Shown: one piece after another, positions 1 to 14,100 of the stretch | Layout: every line of letters starts with the position of its first letter | How positions within the stretch are numbered: the stretch's first letter is position 1 | Assembly: GCF_037042905.1 (NCBI RefSeq) | Contig: NC_087255.1 | Span: 29,450,001-29,514,000 of the forward strand | Direction of reading: 5' to 3' | DNA: 64,000 nucleotides | Source of the DNA: Lytechinus pictus | Lineage: Eukaryota | Notes under the pieces: model-generated | Told to the model about the DNA's origin: nothing | Database searches by the model: none | The model's input: the letters and a program-made list of their open reading frames with translations, nothing else | Translations under genes and position numbers: made by a program

Positions 1-68
1 ATTATGAACAAGCAAAAATTTAAAAGAAAACATAATTAAGGTACTTGTACTGAGACAAAATCTTGAAG

Positions 69-261
69 ACCAAGATGGTTGAAGGGTCATATAATGTTTT
101 TATCCTTCTAGATTATAATGAAGAAAGTGCTTTTCACCAAGACGGTTGAAGGGTCATCTTTTTATCCTTCTAGATTATAATGAAAAAAGTGCTTTCCACC
201 AAGACGGTTGAAGGGTCATCTTTTTATCCTTCTAGATTATAATGAAAAAAGTGCTTTCCAC
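69..261. repeat. Tandem repeat, 3 units of ~62-67 bp
   Basis: ACCAAGAYGGTTGAAGGGTCAT...TTTTATCCTTCTAGATTATAATGAA.AAAGTGCTTT occurs three times. Confidence 0.9.
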
Positions 262-1382
262 TAAGTCATAAACTAAGAAACAAAAGTAAGCTCATGATGA
301 ATACACTATCCATGTGTACATGAGTTTTATATTAATAAGGTGGAACAAGGCTTTATTTTACAAGATATTGTATGAACAAAAATAAAATCCTTAAACATGG
401 AAAGCTTGGCAGTGACTGCTTGACTTACCAGAATAATACAGAATGGCTAGATATACCATAATGAAATAGAAGCATTACCCTAAGTCTTTTCCCCCTCAAT
501 TCTTGAGGGCATAGAAACTAATCCCTGAATGGACTTGATTGTTAATAATGAATTATAGATTCTGATTGGTCAATTTCTCTGAGAAATACCTGTTTCTTGA
601 CCTATAAAATGTATGTGAACACTTATTGTGGCAATTGGATTCCATATTCCATGAGGATGAGAACAAGGGAGATGTTTTTTTTTTTGTCTCAATGTCTAAT
701 GTCCAAGACCTATCCATGTTATTGTTAAATAAAGAGAAATAATCAGGATAACTACATGCACATACATGTACATGTATCTCTGTATTTTGCAACTTATTTA
801 TTGCAGTCACTGTGAAAATCTTGCTAAGGATTCATTCAGAGCAGTCACACCCCCCCCCCCCCTCAACACCTTCCTCCCCCTCTCTGTCCAAGTATAAGGA
901 GTGTACAAGTTGCTTTTGTGGGCAATAAAATGAACTCTCATATTCCACTCCAATATTTCAACATCTTTGTGCAAAATTGGCCTTACACGTAACTTGTGAA
1001 AAAATTGGTATCCCATTGCCCATTCAGAGCCATCCGATGTAATATCACAAAATAAACATTAAAAAAACAGCCATCATCATTTATCAGTATTCTGATGGAC
1101 TGTAAAATTCCTTGAAACTATGGATTTTTTGTATAAAAACCCAAATATAAACTGTATTCAACAATATTCAAGGCATGTCTACTCCAGAGGTTCATCTAAA
1201 CTGAATAGTACAAACTTTTGTGAAAATGTAGCCAAAAGTGCGCTAAATATACACATACATGTACATATACATGTATGCTTATGTACGATGTGTATTAATG
1301 TACACCTTGTTTCAATTGTTCACCTTGCTTTAGTGGTCTTAATCCTTAATGTTGTATAGATCTGTTACTGTAGCATACAGTA

Positions 1383-2049
1383 TATCGTTGGTGGTCATCC
1401 GAACGGTTGTATCACACATACGACCCATTTCAGAGAAAATCGACTTCAAAGATTAGTATAATTTTCACACTTGGTTCTCCAGCCTAACAACATATTCATT
1501 GCTAGAAAAATACATGGTTGGAAAGACCAAGACAATTGCTTGACAATGGTATCTTTATTTTTACACAAAACCAAGGATCATAGAAAATATCACAAAAGAG
1601 CTCCGTGCTTGTAATTTCAGTTTGAGCGGTTTAGATTTCGCCTGTACAAAAACGCCATAGGGAATACAACAACCCTGACCACGATTTCAATGCGCGCGGT
1701 CAGTCAAAACGTCGTATCGCTTTTCACGTGCAAAGTCAATGCATTGCAGATGGCCAATACGATAGTTTGGTTGACCACGCACATTGAAATCGCGGTCAGT
1801 CAAAATGTTGTATTGCTCTGCTACAGTACACGTTTCCAATGGGATTTTTCGCATTTTATTAAAAATTTCTATGGCATCGCTGTGAAAATCCCAGGCTCAT
1901 ATCTCAGAAATTAAAATAAACTGCTGCCTAGAAATTCAGTTATGAATAGAATAGGACTTGTACATTAATTTTCTGCAAAAATCTCAAAATCAAATTTTTT
2001 TTTGGACCAAAAATGAATGAAACGACGGTTCGGATGAACGCCGACGATA
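1383..2049. mobile_element. MITE with ~22-bp TIRs and TA-type flanks
   Basis: TATCGTTGGTGGTCATCCGAAC ... GTTCGGATGAACGCCGACGATA. Internal inverted repeats at ~1676-1800. An empty site is visible in the adjacent duplicate near 2281. Confidence 0.75.
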
Positions 2050-4046
2050 TATTGCACCATAAAAGGTAAAATAAAAAAATTTAAAAATCAGAATTTGTTT
2101 GATTAATGTAAAATCATATTCAATTTCAGAAAAGGTACAATTACAATGGTATGCAATTTAATTTCATTTCCTATTTACAAGTACAAGTCTGCTCTTTTAT
2201 TATCCTAGTTCCCTTGTTTCAATTGTTCACCTTGCTTTAGTGGTCTTAATGCTTTATGTTGTATCTGTTGCTGTAGCATATATATCGCAGCATAAGAGGT
2301 AAAATAAAAAATTTTAAAAATCAGAACTTGTTTGATTTTAAAATGTAATATCATATTCAATTGCAGAAAAGGTACAATTACAATGGTATGTAATATTTAA
2401 TTTCATTTCCTACTTACAAGTACATGTCTGCTCTTTTATTATCCTAGTTCCCTATTGTTTTCAATATATATGCATGCACATTCCCTTATACACCAAGTAC
2501 ATGTTATATGGCCGAGTGCTCAGTTCTCTCCATCCTCTAAGAAAGAATCATGTTATTACAATTTCCGCAGATGACTGAAATGACTTGACTGAAATCTTGT
2601 AGAAACCTTGACAAACACATCATATTGTGCCAAAGAAGCCAAGGCATAAGTGTAGTCTGCTGGGCAAACCCTTCACTCGAGTTAAGGGTCTGAATGTGCA
2701 GCCTACTCATGCCTTGTGTACTGAAGGCTCTCTCGCTCAGTATGTGCTAGTCTTTGCGTGGAGGCACACTTATTGATCAAAGTTCCAATCAGGGTCTGTG
2801 CCTGCAGACTAGCATAAGTGTGCACGTGTACCTGTTCATGTATGACACGACACTCTAATTTGTCGCCTTTTGTATTAACAGAGGCAAACAATTAAGTTCA
2901 ACAGTATTAAAGAGAGAAGCCATGAATACAAAAGTGAAGACTTCTAAGAATAAAAACCATGTGTTCTTTAATTGCTCAGTGATATTTCCAGTCTGAAGTT
3001 CTGTTTATTTATGAATATATATCTGTTAATATTTTCGGTCTGAGTTTCTGTTACCTATGAATCTATATTTGTTAACTTATTGGGTCACAGAAGACCATTT
3101 ACAATTTAAGTAAACTTGAAAAGCACCAGTGAAAACACTCATCCCCTTTACAAATATATCTGTGTGTGTTTATCTTTTATCATGACAGATCTGAAGTGGA
3201 TAAAGCAATTTCCTGTATATAATCTTCTTTTATAATCACAGAAGAGTACAAATTATTGGCATATATAACAAATTGATTTTGAGTCCAACAGATAAAGAAA
3301 TAAGGATATGCTCAACATTCTTTGAATGGTTTAGAATGAGTAATACATGTACATTCTTTCAGTAGTATCACTCTGTTTCAAAAGAAAGTTTCATTTCTAA
3401 GGATGCTTATAATTTTGTATATTTTGTATCCCAATTATATATTTCCTAAATACACGGGCCCTTATTGATTCTGAACTCCAGTTTAACTTCATAAGCCATA
3501 GTCTAACTCTATGCTAAAATATGTTTACACTGTATATTTCTTAGGTATAATGTGCCCTTTCATCATACTTTAAAACTCTGGCTTCCTTATTTGTAGGTCC
3601 CACCACCCACCGCTCTAAAGTGTACCCCTTTTTTCTATTTCATTCTGCATTTATTGTTATAATTTATATTATTTCAGAATGAGTTGTATCTTTTTGTATT
3701 TTGATTGATTTGTGCAAAATAAGTGAAAGGAAATTATTAAGGGGAATAAAACTGTTTTAAAGCTACATTTTGAGTGTCAAATGAGCAGATAGATTGATCC
3801 AGTACTGTAAGAGATTTATTTCACAATTGGCTGATCATAGTAAAAAAAAATTAATAAATTTGGTTGGATTCATAACAATCATGTATGATTTTTTGTAATT
3901 TTAATTGTGTCTTTATTTTGTATTACGATAAGATTTCCAACTCATTGCCTTTATTTTCCATTTGCTATTGTACAAATATTGACACTCGAGCTATCAAATT
4001 TTGTTTTACTTTGCAATCACCTGCCCACTTTAGTGCCCGTGATAAC

Positions 4047-4618
4047 CCCGGGGGGGCCACTTCCATTGACGAGTGGATACCATGCGCGACCACGGGGTCT
4101 CGAAAAGCACCCTAAACACGTATTTTCCATGTTCTGAAAATGCACCCCTTAACAAGTATTGGCGTCTGAAACCCTACCCTTAACAAGTATTGGAAACAAA
4201 ACTATACTCTTGGCAAGTATTCCCTGAAATGAACCCGTAAACAAGTAAATTTTATTGTTGTGTCACGGGTCCGTCGGTCGTCGGTTTTACCTAATTTACA
4301 CACCATTTGGTTTAGTAAGGTCCCACCTTCCTCACCTCGCGCAAATCGGGACTCTAAACACGTAGTGTTGGGGCAAAAAGCCAGAAAAAGGACATCCTTT
4401 ATACAACATTTTAATTTTGTTTTATCATCCCCGCAAATGTGACCCTAAACACGTAGCTTTCCTAGCGAAAAAGATACCCTTTTTTCATTATTTTTGTGTT
4501 TTTGACACCCTTATCACGTTACGTACGTAACGTGCCCTATCTTGAAAAAGACATCCTTTTTACGTGTTTTCTTGGTCGCGCATGGTATCCACTCGTCAAT
4601 GTAAGTGGCCCCCCCGGG
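4047..4618. mobile_element. MITE with CCCGGG termini, ~45-bp TIRs and 8-bp TSD
   Basis: TIR CCCGGGGGGGCCACTTCCATTGACGAGTGGATACCATGCGCGACCA. TSD GTGATAAC at 4039-4046 and 4619-4626. Confidence 0.92.
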
Positions 4619-5135
4619 GTGATAACACAATAATTCTGCAACAAATCAATTGAGTGTGTTCTACTTGTTACTGAATACAGCATTATGAAAGCGATCAAGT
4701 CGAGCAAAGAAAGACATAACTTTTACATTTAAATAAGGGTTTCTGTATTCTAGAAATAGGATTTATACAAAGCAATATATAGGCCTACCATTTCCTTCCC
4801 ATGTACACATTGTACAGTATATTGCAATGAGAGAAATTAAAAAGACAAACATTTAGATGGGTCTATATTTTCCAGGATAATGTCTCAATGTATTCATATC
4901 AAGACCATCGGTGAACAGCCTCTCTCGGGACAGGGAACAGTCAGGCTACAGCCAGGCTATCATCTTGATTATGTGAACACGATAAATATTACCATGCATG
5001 GCTGGTAACACTAACCATTTCGTCCAAAGGAGTAGATGACACTTTGAAAATCATAGCATTTCTTTTAAATTAAACTTTGGTTAAGATATCGCTATGCAGG
5101 CCATACAAAAATCATATAATTTTATTTTAACATAC

Positions 5136-8100
5136 CATGTCATCTACCAGAGTATCAGCCATCCGTCTACATTGCTGTATTTCCTCATCTACTTGGGCTA
5201 TCTGAGATTCAGTCCTAAGGATAGAAAAGGAAAATATGGATATAAGAATAATATTTTGAACAGCAATTGTGGTATACATATAAACAGAAAAAAGAAGAAC
5301 TTTGTTTACATTGCAATTTCATTATGCCAAAACAAGAAGAAAACTTCAAATAACAAATCTATTTGGATATTTTTAGGGTTAAGAGCCACATTTCTGCAGT
5401 GAAAATTAATATATAACAGCACAAATTAGAAAAGAAATTGTAAAATGGGTACAACATAGCAAAGGAGAGGAGTATTGAGACCAATCACAAGAACATTTAA
5501 AGTCATGGTCTTTGTTGCACTGGATTAAGCTTAGGCCTAAAAACATCATTGTACTTGAGAATATAAATCAATTTTTATTTTATCATGTTAAGGCATCTGA
5601 AATGTAAAAGTCTTGTCATGTCATGCCAACTTCCTCACTTTGTAAGTCAGCATGACAACATGTGTGTAATGTATCTTGCAAAATTAACTTCTAAGCAGTT
5701 ACATGTCAGTATGGCAACTCAGCAACACACCTCATACATGTATTGCCATGTTGACTTTAATGTATAACTAACTTTCAGACTCTAGATAAATAAAGGCAAA
5801 ATATAGATACTTACTCTTGTCGTGTTGTGAAAATTGTGTCAATATTCTTGCTTTCGAGGTCATTTTCAACTTTCAGCTGTAAATAAATGCGAGTAAACAA
5901 AGAAATCACAACGTAAAAACTTTAACTCAAATTGCATTGATACAATGTGGTTGAAACATACTGTATCATGGGAAGCATTTCATGAAATAAAGTCAGTAAT
6001 TCTAATTGATTATTGTTATGAACTACCCAAATCCTTGTATCTGATTGGCTCAGAGCAAATATGTCAGTGCAAATAACTATTTGTTTCATGAAATGCTCTC
6101 CTGGTTCTGAATAATATAGGAGGGATCTACTCAATCCATAGGAGGGATGTAAGAAAGAGAGAGAGAGAGGGGGGAGGGGAAGGGGAAAGGATTGTATTGA
6201 AATAAGAAAACAGAAATATAACATACCTGATTGTAATCCTCTTGCACTTCATCCATTTCAGTATCTGTGTTCAATTTATCTACAAGCTAGGAGATAAGAT
6301 TGATATTTTATACAGAAGCAGTTACATATATTATATCCTCACATATACATGCATCACACTTAACATATTTTCAAAATTTATCCAGCTACAAACAATCCCT
6401 CATGTACATGTTATTCTGCCTTATGATTCATGAGCTCATATGAAGTAATAGGGCAAAATTTACCACAAACGACATTTTCTAAACAGAAAAGCAAACTGTG
6501 TGAGTAAAATGACATGACAGTGTGGGTTTTTGTTCAATAAACATATTCAACAGTGGAAACATCTTAACATATTAATCCCTCCTTTAACGCTTAGAAGACT
6601 GGGGGGGGGGGCTGATTTGGCCCCCCCTCGACATTTTTCGCGATAAATACGCTGCGCTAATTTTTTTGACCCCGTCGCTCACTGACTTTTTATTTTCAAG
6701 TCTAACGCAACTTTTGAGACCAAAATTATGACCGCCTGGTACACGGTTCCGAAATCATGCAACATTTTGTAAGTGCATGCAGACCCACAATTGTTCAAAA
6801 ACATGAATTTGTGTAAAAATCCAATGCAAATAGTGTTTTTAGCCAAAATTCATAAAATGTATCATTATTTTTCCTTTTACTGCTTAAAATCAATTAATTT
6901 TATCTTGTTTATGGTCAAAATAAAGTCTCTGACAATTTCCATTGAAAAAAAAAGTTAAAAAAACAAAGAAATACATAAGAAATTTAGAAAACAATAAAAT
7001 ACATCAAAAATAAATGTGATGTTGACATTTTTTAAAAACAAATTTGATCAGATGCCTATAAAGAGTATGTGAAACAAAAATTAGCATTTTAGGGGCATTA
7101 TTTTGTTAATTAGAGCAAACTTATGATTTTACGCATAAATTAGCATAATTAATGAGCAATGTGATTTTTCGCAGAATTTGATATTACAGTTTTGTAGATA
7201 ATGCCATGGGTAGCGCACGTGCCAATTTTCATCGCGATCGCGCGGTCGACGGCCGAAATCATTCAGCCCCCCCTCAGTCTTCTTAGGCGTCGAAATAGCC
7301 CAGTCTACTTAGGGTTAACAAACCTACATGTAACCTTTAAGACAATTAACTAGCCATTGTACACAATCATAATCCCTCAATTTGAATTATTCAAGCAATT
7401 TGATTGATATTAAAAATTTATTTAAAAAATATTACATTTCCTCATCCCCACAAAGACCAATTAGGCACTGTATTTAAAGCTAAACTAAAGTAGCTGCACT
7501 TATAATTTTAGTGGAAAGTCTTCGTAAAAAGGTTTATTATTACCCTTCTCTCACTGACATTGATCTAGCAAGTTCTAACTTCAAATATATAAACCAAACA
7601 ATGTCAAGTAATGGGATCTAGACTGAAAGCACAGAGCACATTTCAAATCTTCACATTTCAAAGCACATTTATTATACAGATAAGCACATGTGGGAACATG
7701 CATTATCATTGCTTGAAAAAAAATCTACCTGAAAGAATATTATCCACTTATTTTGGTTATTACTGAGCAATTACTCATTTTCTAACAGAGTCACTTGGCA
7801 ATTTTTTCATCATTTTTTTCTACTTATACACATAGAAGCACCTTGATTGTTATATGATCATTGACTGGAATTCCATTACTGGAATTTATGAATTTGACAC
7901 CAATTTTTTTTTCCTCCAATAGCTAAAGAAGTTGGAATGATAACTAAATGCATTAAATATTCATTGCTGCAACTAATTTTATCATAAGGGAGACATATCA
8001 TTCACACTTATATGAAAAAAAAGGAAAAAATATGATTTCATGTAATAACATAATAAAAAGGAAAGTGGGGATGTGACATCATCAGCCCACCTAATGAATA

Positions 8101-11100
8101 TTCATGACAACATGCACATAACTTTTCACAAAATATTGTTAAAGTGTTTAATTTAATAACTTCATTATTTGTTTACAGATTTTGATAAAATTTTCAGCAT
8201 TTAGCTCTGTGAATTTATATTTTCAGCCCAGAGTACTACTTTAATCTACTCCCCATGAATGCTGATGCCAATGTTACTTTCAATGATGAATTATTAAGTG
8301 ACAACTTACTGTATTGTAGTCTCCTAATTGACCCTGCAATTCCTTGATTTCTGCAGCCACACCCTCTGCCCTGTAAACATGATATGACAAAAGTAAAACC
8401 CATGTACATACTGCAAGCAGAATGATGTGCATTTATCTATTTTTGGGTTGCAGTTTTAACAGGCATCCATTAGGAGCTCTTATACAATAAAACACCAATA
8501 TACTGTACATGGTATCACTAGCCCTGTAAGCAAAGAATATTGAAATGATTCTTAATTTTCTATATCGCTACTGAAAGCTGTCTACTATAAAAGCCAAGAC
8601 ACCAGAGCAATATTCACATGTAGTGCAATTCATAGATGTCAGATTCACACAAGCCCTTCTTATCCCACTAGCTCCATTTTTTATCTTCTGCCACAATGTC
8701 AAATACATTTTCGATTATGCAATAATATCAGCCTCGACCCTAATAGACTTTAAAGCAATCAAAACAGCTTTTACAAGCCCACACATATTACGGTTAACTT
8801 ACTTTTTCTCGTAAGACAGAAAGCTGTTATTCTCCTCATTTATCCTGTCGATTTCTCGCTGAAGTTTATTGTTTTCAGTTGTCAGCTCATTCATCTTGGT
8901 TCTCAGAAGGCCGAGGAAATAAGACTTATCCATTACAACCCTTGAAGGACCTGTAATGAGATACATATATAGAAGGTCAAAGGTGAGATGTTTCATCACC
9001 CATAAGGAAACTTCCCGGGGGGGCAACTTACATTGACGAGTGGATACCATGCGTGACAAAAAAAACATGTAAAAAGGATGTCTTTTTCAAGATAGGGCAC
9101 GTTACGTACGTAACGTGATAAGGGTGTCAAAAACACTAAAATAATGAAAAAAGGGTATCTATTTTCGCTAGGAAAGCTACGTGTTTAGGGTCAAATTTGC
9201 GAGGGTGTAAAAAATTAAGACTAAAATAATTTATAAAGGATGTACTTTTGCCCCAAGAGTCAACACTACGTGTTTAGAGTACGATTTGGGCGAGATGAGG
9301 GAGGTGGGGCTGTATTAAACCCAATGATGTGGGTGAAGGTAGGCCGACGTCCGTGACATAACAATAAAAATATCGCTGTAGGCCTACTTGTTTAGGGGGT
9401 CAATTCAGGGTACTTGCCAAGAGTAAAATTTTGTTTCCAATACTTGTTAAGGGTATGGTTTCACACGCCAATACTTGTTAAGGGGTGCATTTTCAGAAAA
9501 TGGAAAATATGTGTTTAGGGTGCTTTTCGAGACCCCATGGTCGCGCATGGTATCCACTCGTCAATGGAAGTGGCCCCCTCGGGGGAAACTTACATTTAAA
9601 AGGTCAACATCAACATGATTAATCTGCATTACAACTGGCAGGCTGTTTCTGAAAAAAAGGTATTATTTTGTAAAGCTCTGAACAAGTGCATGAATGGTTG
9701 GAACATGGAAAGTCAAGACACATTTATTCATGCATTTGCAGTTGAAATATAATAATATGTCCATTTATATAGCGCAGTTACTATGTGCATATACTCAACT
9801 TCGCTTTGATACTTGGTATCATATTATTACCCCGGCTGTACTGTAGCTAAGCTGCAATATATTAATAGGCGCTAAACGTTCAAGGAAAAATTGTAGATTG
9901 TAGATTTCTAAAAACAGCTTTAACATTCATACTCACCTTTTCGTCCAGTCTTGAGTCCTCCGAGGCCTTGTTGAGTGGTTGGCCTGTCAGCAACATTGAT
10001 GTTTGCATTAAGAACTTGGAGAATGAAATGAACAAAACAAAGGAATCCTGTAACCATCTTAGGGGCATATGACAAGAAGTACCTAGCTGTATTGATACAG
10101 TTCTTACAATAATATCAGTTCCTTAAAGGTCAAGTCCACCTCGTAAAAATGTTGATTCAAATCAATAGAGAAAAATCAGACAAGCATCATGCTGAAAATT
10201 TCATCAAAATCGGATGTAAAATAATAAAGTTATGACATAATTATTCGCTTATTTTTTACAAAATAGTTATATGCACAATTTAGTCACATGCAAACAAGAG
10301 AATCGATGATGCCCCTCACTCACTATTTCTTTTTTTTTTCATTCTTCGAATTATATATTATTTCAATTTTTTGCAGATTTTACAATAAGGACCAACTTGA
10401 CTGAACCATAAAATGTTAAGCAATGGTAATTCAACATGTTCAGGGAGAAATAAAACTTTGTTTCACAAGGACCATGAGGAGAAATTAAAATATTTCATAT
10501 TTCATATAATAAAATACAAAAGAAATAATGAGTGATGTCATCAGTTATACCAACCGGGATGTGCATATAACTGTTTGTGAAATTAAGCGAAACTTTAAAA
10601 TATCATAACTTTCGTATTTTACATCCGATTTTGATGAAATTTTCAGTGTTATGCTTGTTGGATTTTTTACTTTTTATTCAAATCAAAATTTTGTTGGGGT
10701 GGACTTGTCCTTTAAATTTTCACTGCACTGAATTCTTTGTAACTGAAACATATTTTGTTTGAACTGAATTTAGAATTCACCTTGTATGAAATGGATGCAG
10801 TCTTCAATTATTTACGATGAAAACTTCAATTGTTATTCAACAGTAACATGGAAAACAGTCTAAAACATCAAAGAAATCCATGAAAGGGGCATTAGACAGC
10901 AGTATATGGTAGAACCCTTACAAGCATTTCAACACACTTATCTCTTTAATTAAGCAGCTTTTAAACCATGTATACAAAATAACTGGTCTCTATACATAAG
11001 TGTCTGGACTGAATTCAAGTAATTATGCATCAGTGGCCAGATACATGTACATAAAATTCTAGCGCTTCAATTATGATGTACGTATAATTAAAAAACAGGC

Positions 11101-14100
11101 TGGCTTCAACTCTTTTCAATCTCTTGCCCCCGTCTTTGGAACAAGCTCCCTCCATCTCTTTAAAACCTGACCTCTTAAAAGACATCTTAAAACAAACCTA
11201 CATGTATATAACCATAAACCTAACTTGTCTGTCTTTAACAGTGCTCTGTATCCCCTGGAAAAAGTGCTATATAAATCCAATTATGATTATTATTACATTA
11301 TAGAATGTAGTAAATTAATAAATAAATACCTGCCCCTGTTGAAGGGCCAGCTCCACCCCTCGTCCCAGGCCGAGCCGTTCCTGGAGCCTGTAATAATGTA
11401 AATGTAATACATATATTCTTCAATGAGTTTTACATGTCAAAATAAAAACACCATACCAACTGAATTCTGCTCTCATATCATATATCCTACCTTTGACACT
11501 ACAGTTTGATTAGTATAGACTTGACTAGGATAAAGTGCATTGATGTTGGGGACAAAAATACTCTCATTAATTCAGAAAAATTGCATTACTATACATGTAT
11601 AGTAGTGAATGTTACAAAAAATGCACTCCGCTCTGTAAAGTGCTCAAGGCCTTGATAATATTCAAATAGTTCCTACAAGTTTTATTATTATTTGTATCTG
11701 TTTGGCATCACCTGTGCCTCAGAGGTGAAAAGCGAACTGAATCACTATGACCTGCAGATCTCTCCTCCCGATAATTGATAGGGGGGTTGCAAGTGGACCA
11801 CTACATTGGGGCTTCCCCTACTCTTACATAGTATGAGTAATGCAGTGGATTCTTAACGTGCAAAGGTGCTGACTCTCCTCTTCACGGAGTCTCCATTTAA
11901 CATCCTAACAGAGGGACAGAGTGTTTTCCACTGTAACATACAGTAGCCTGCATCTATGGAACAGGGGAGGGACAGGTTTACACACAATACAGGCTTCAGT
12001 CATCCGCCCGGGGTGGACTCGAACCCTCGAAGACCTTTGATTCGACAGGCAGACACTTTACCCACTGATCTAACTCGCTCCCTAAATGAGAATGTGAAAT
12101 CCTGCATCTAATTGCTCAATGTTATAAATTTGGGAAACATTTCAATAGTTCTTATAATTTTCATTGCACTGAATTACAACTGAAAACATTATTATAAAAT
12201 AAGAACTAGTGCTGGTCGATATATGATTTCAATGTTAGTAGATTATTGTCAGCAAAATATTGTTGATAATATGATATATCTCTGAGTCTGAAAAATCATT
12301 ATAAACATTCATTATGAGCTGCAAATCTGTGAGAGCAGGGAAGGGGGGAAATGAAAGTAAGGCTTTTACCATTGCTTGTCCATGAAAAGTGTGCATTAGG
12401 GTACAAACTTACAGGTACATGTAAAAAGTTCTGATACAGAGCAGCATTTGGGCCAATAAATTGTAATTAACTTTTCATAATGGACTGTATTTTTTTCTGG
12501 TCATAAAACCATTATTGAATATTTGATTTTTTTTTCATTATTGCCTAATTTTGATGATATTGAAAGATTGTCCTGCACTAATAGGAAGAACTGAATTGAA
12601 AATTCTTAACAACCCTTACCCCTGTACCAGGAGGCATCCTCATAGCTGTCCCTGGAGGGGGCTGTCTCATACCAGAAGGTGGTCTCATTCCTGTTGTTGG
12701 CTTTCGCCCGCTACCAGAGGGGGGACGATTCCTGGAACAATCAATTCAAATGAATAAATAACATAAAATATACATCGCATGCAGGTCATAAAAGATCAGC
12801 AAGATTTGGAAATATGCAGATGATTCATGCCAGACATCACATCGCAAAGGTCTTATTTAACAAAATTCAGAACTTTTAAGTGTTGTATTTAAAATGTATG
12901 GTAAAATAACACCCAGGAAGAAACAAATCAAATTTGTGCAGAATTGGCAGCATAGGGCGACAGGCTATTTCGCTCTCATGAGAGCTCAAGTCCCTCCCCC
13001 CCCTAAAATTCAACCAAAATGCTACCTCGAGCGATATTCGTGCAGGCTCCACTCCACCTCCGCTCCACCTACCCGAACATCGAGCCCGTGAACTCGATCT
13101 GATATTCCGAGTGACAAAGGTGGGATTTTATGGGGGAATATATAAAATTCATGCAACATCACAATCTTTAAAAACAATTGAAAATAATATTCTTACTTTA
13201 CACAAAGTTTCACTTCTTTTCCATGCTTCTATCAGTCTCAAAATTGGTGATTTAGAGCCAACATGAAGTTCCTCACACTACTATAAATAATTTGCTGCCG
13301 ATTTCAAAACATCGCATGCGCGAGGTCGGACCCATGGAAATGAAAATATTCCAAGTACGATCCCATTTGAAGGTGTAGCGAGTGTAATGTGACCAAATAT
13401 ATATCGGACGATTCACTCCAGACACGTCCAGACAGGACAGCACGTGCATGAGCTGAATGATGTAGGCCTGTCTGGTTTTAGACTTTTAGTAATAGTAGAC
13501 TCGCACTTACACTCGCCTCGGTCAAATTCATTGCATTTTATTTCATTCGATCGGAACTAAAAAATAAACACACATACTCTCGTAACTAGGCCCGACTTGT
13601 ATAACTCAAATAATAGTCATTTACTAATAGCTTACACAGTCATACGATCTACATTTGTAGCCGTAGCCTCACGCTAAGACTCACATTAGTTAAATCCGAT
13701 TGCAAAACAGATTCAACCCAAAATATTCAGCTTCTCGTAATTTTGTGGTTTTCAGAAATATTTTAATTAGCGCACGCTGACTCTCGCCATCATCGGATAG
13801 GTTCAAAACTCAAATATAACTTAAATATAACTCAAATAAGTGCAAATGGATATTATTTTTTATACTTCAGGGTAAAATTTCGAATACCCGTCTGCCGTCC
13901 GGTTTTCAGTGTCGGGTATCCGAATATTGAAATATCCGTTTCAAGTCAGGCCTAATGTAAACAACGGAAATACAATAGCGTCGACCCTTGAACCGCTTAT
14001 GTATGACGTACTTCCGGCTAGCAATGCCGTCTTGAGGAACAATTTATAGATGAATAATTTTTATCTATAAATTGTTCCTCAAGACGGCATTGCTAGCCGG

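Noticed and set aside
1-5100. Further IFT74 exons
   Set aside because: I could not find an in-phase exon matching the expected continuation. A small exon may have been missed.
13511-13531. MNLTEAS|GTAAG as the first coding exon of IFT74
   Set aside because: It ends in phase 0 and would shift exon 12620-12731 into a stop. The exon at 15672-15688 fits phase 2. It could still be a non-coding alternative exon.
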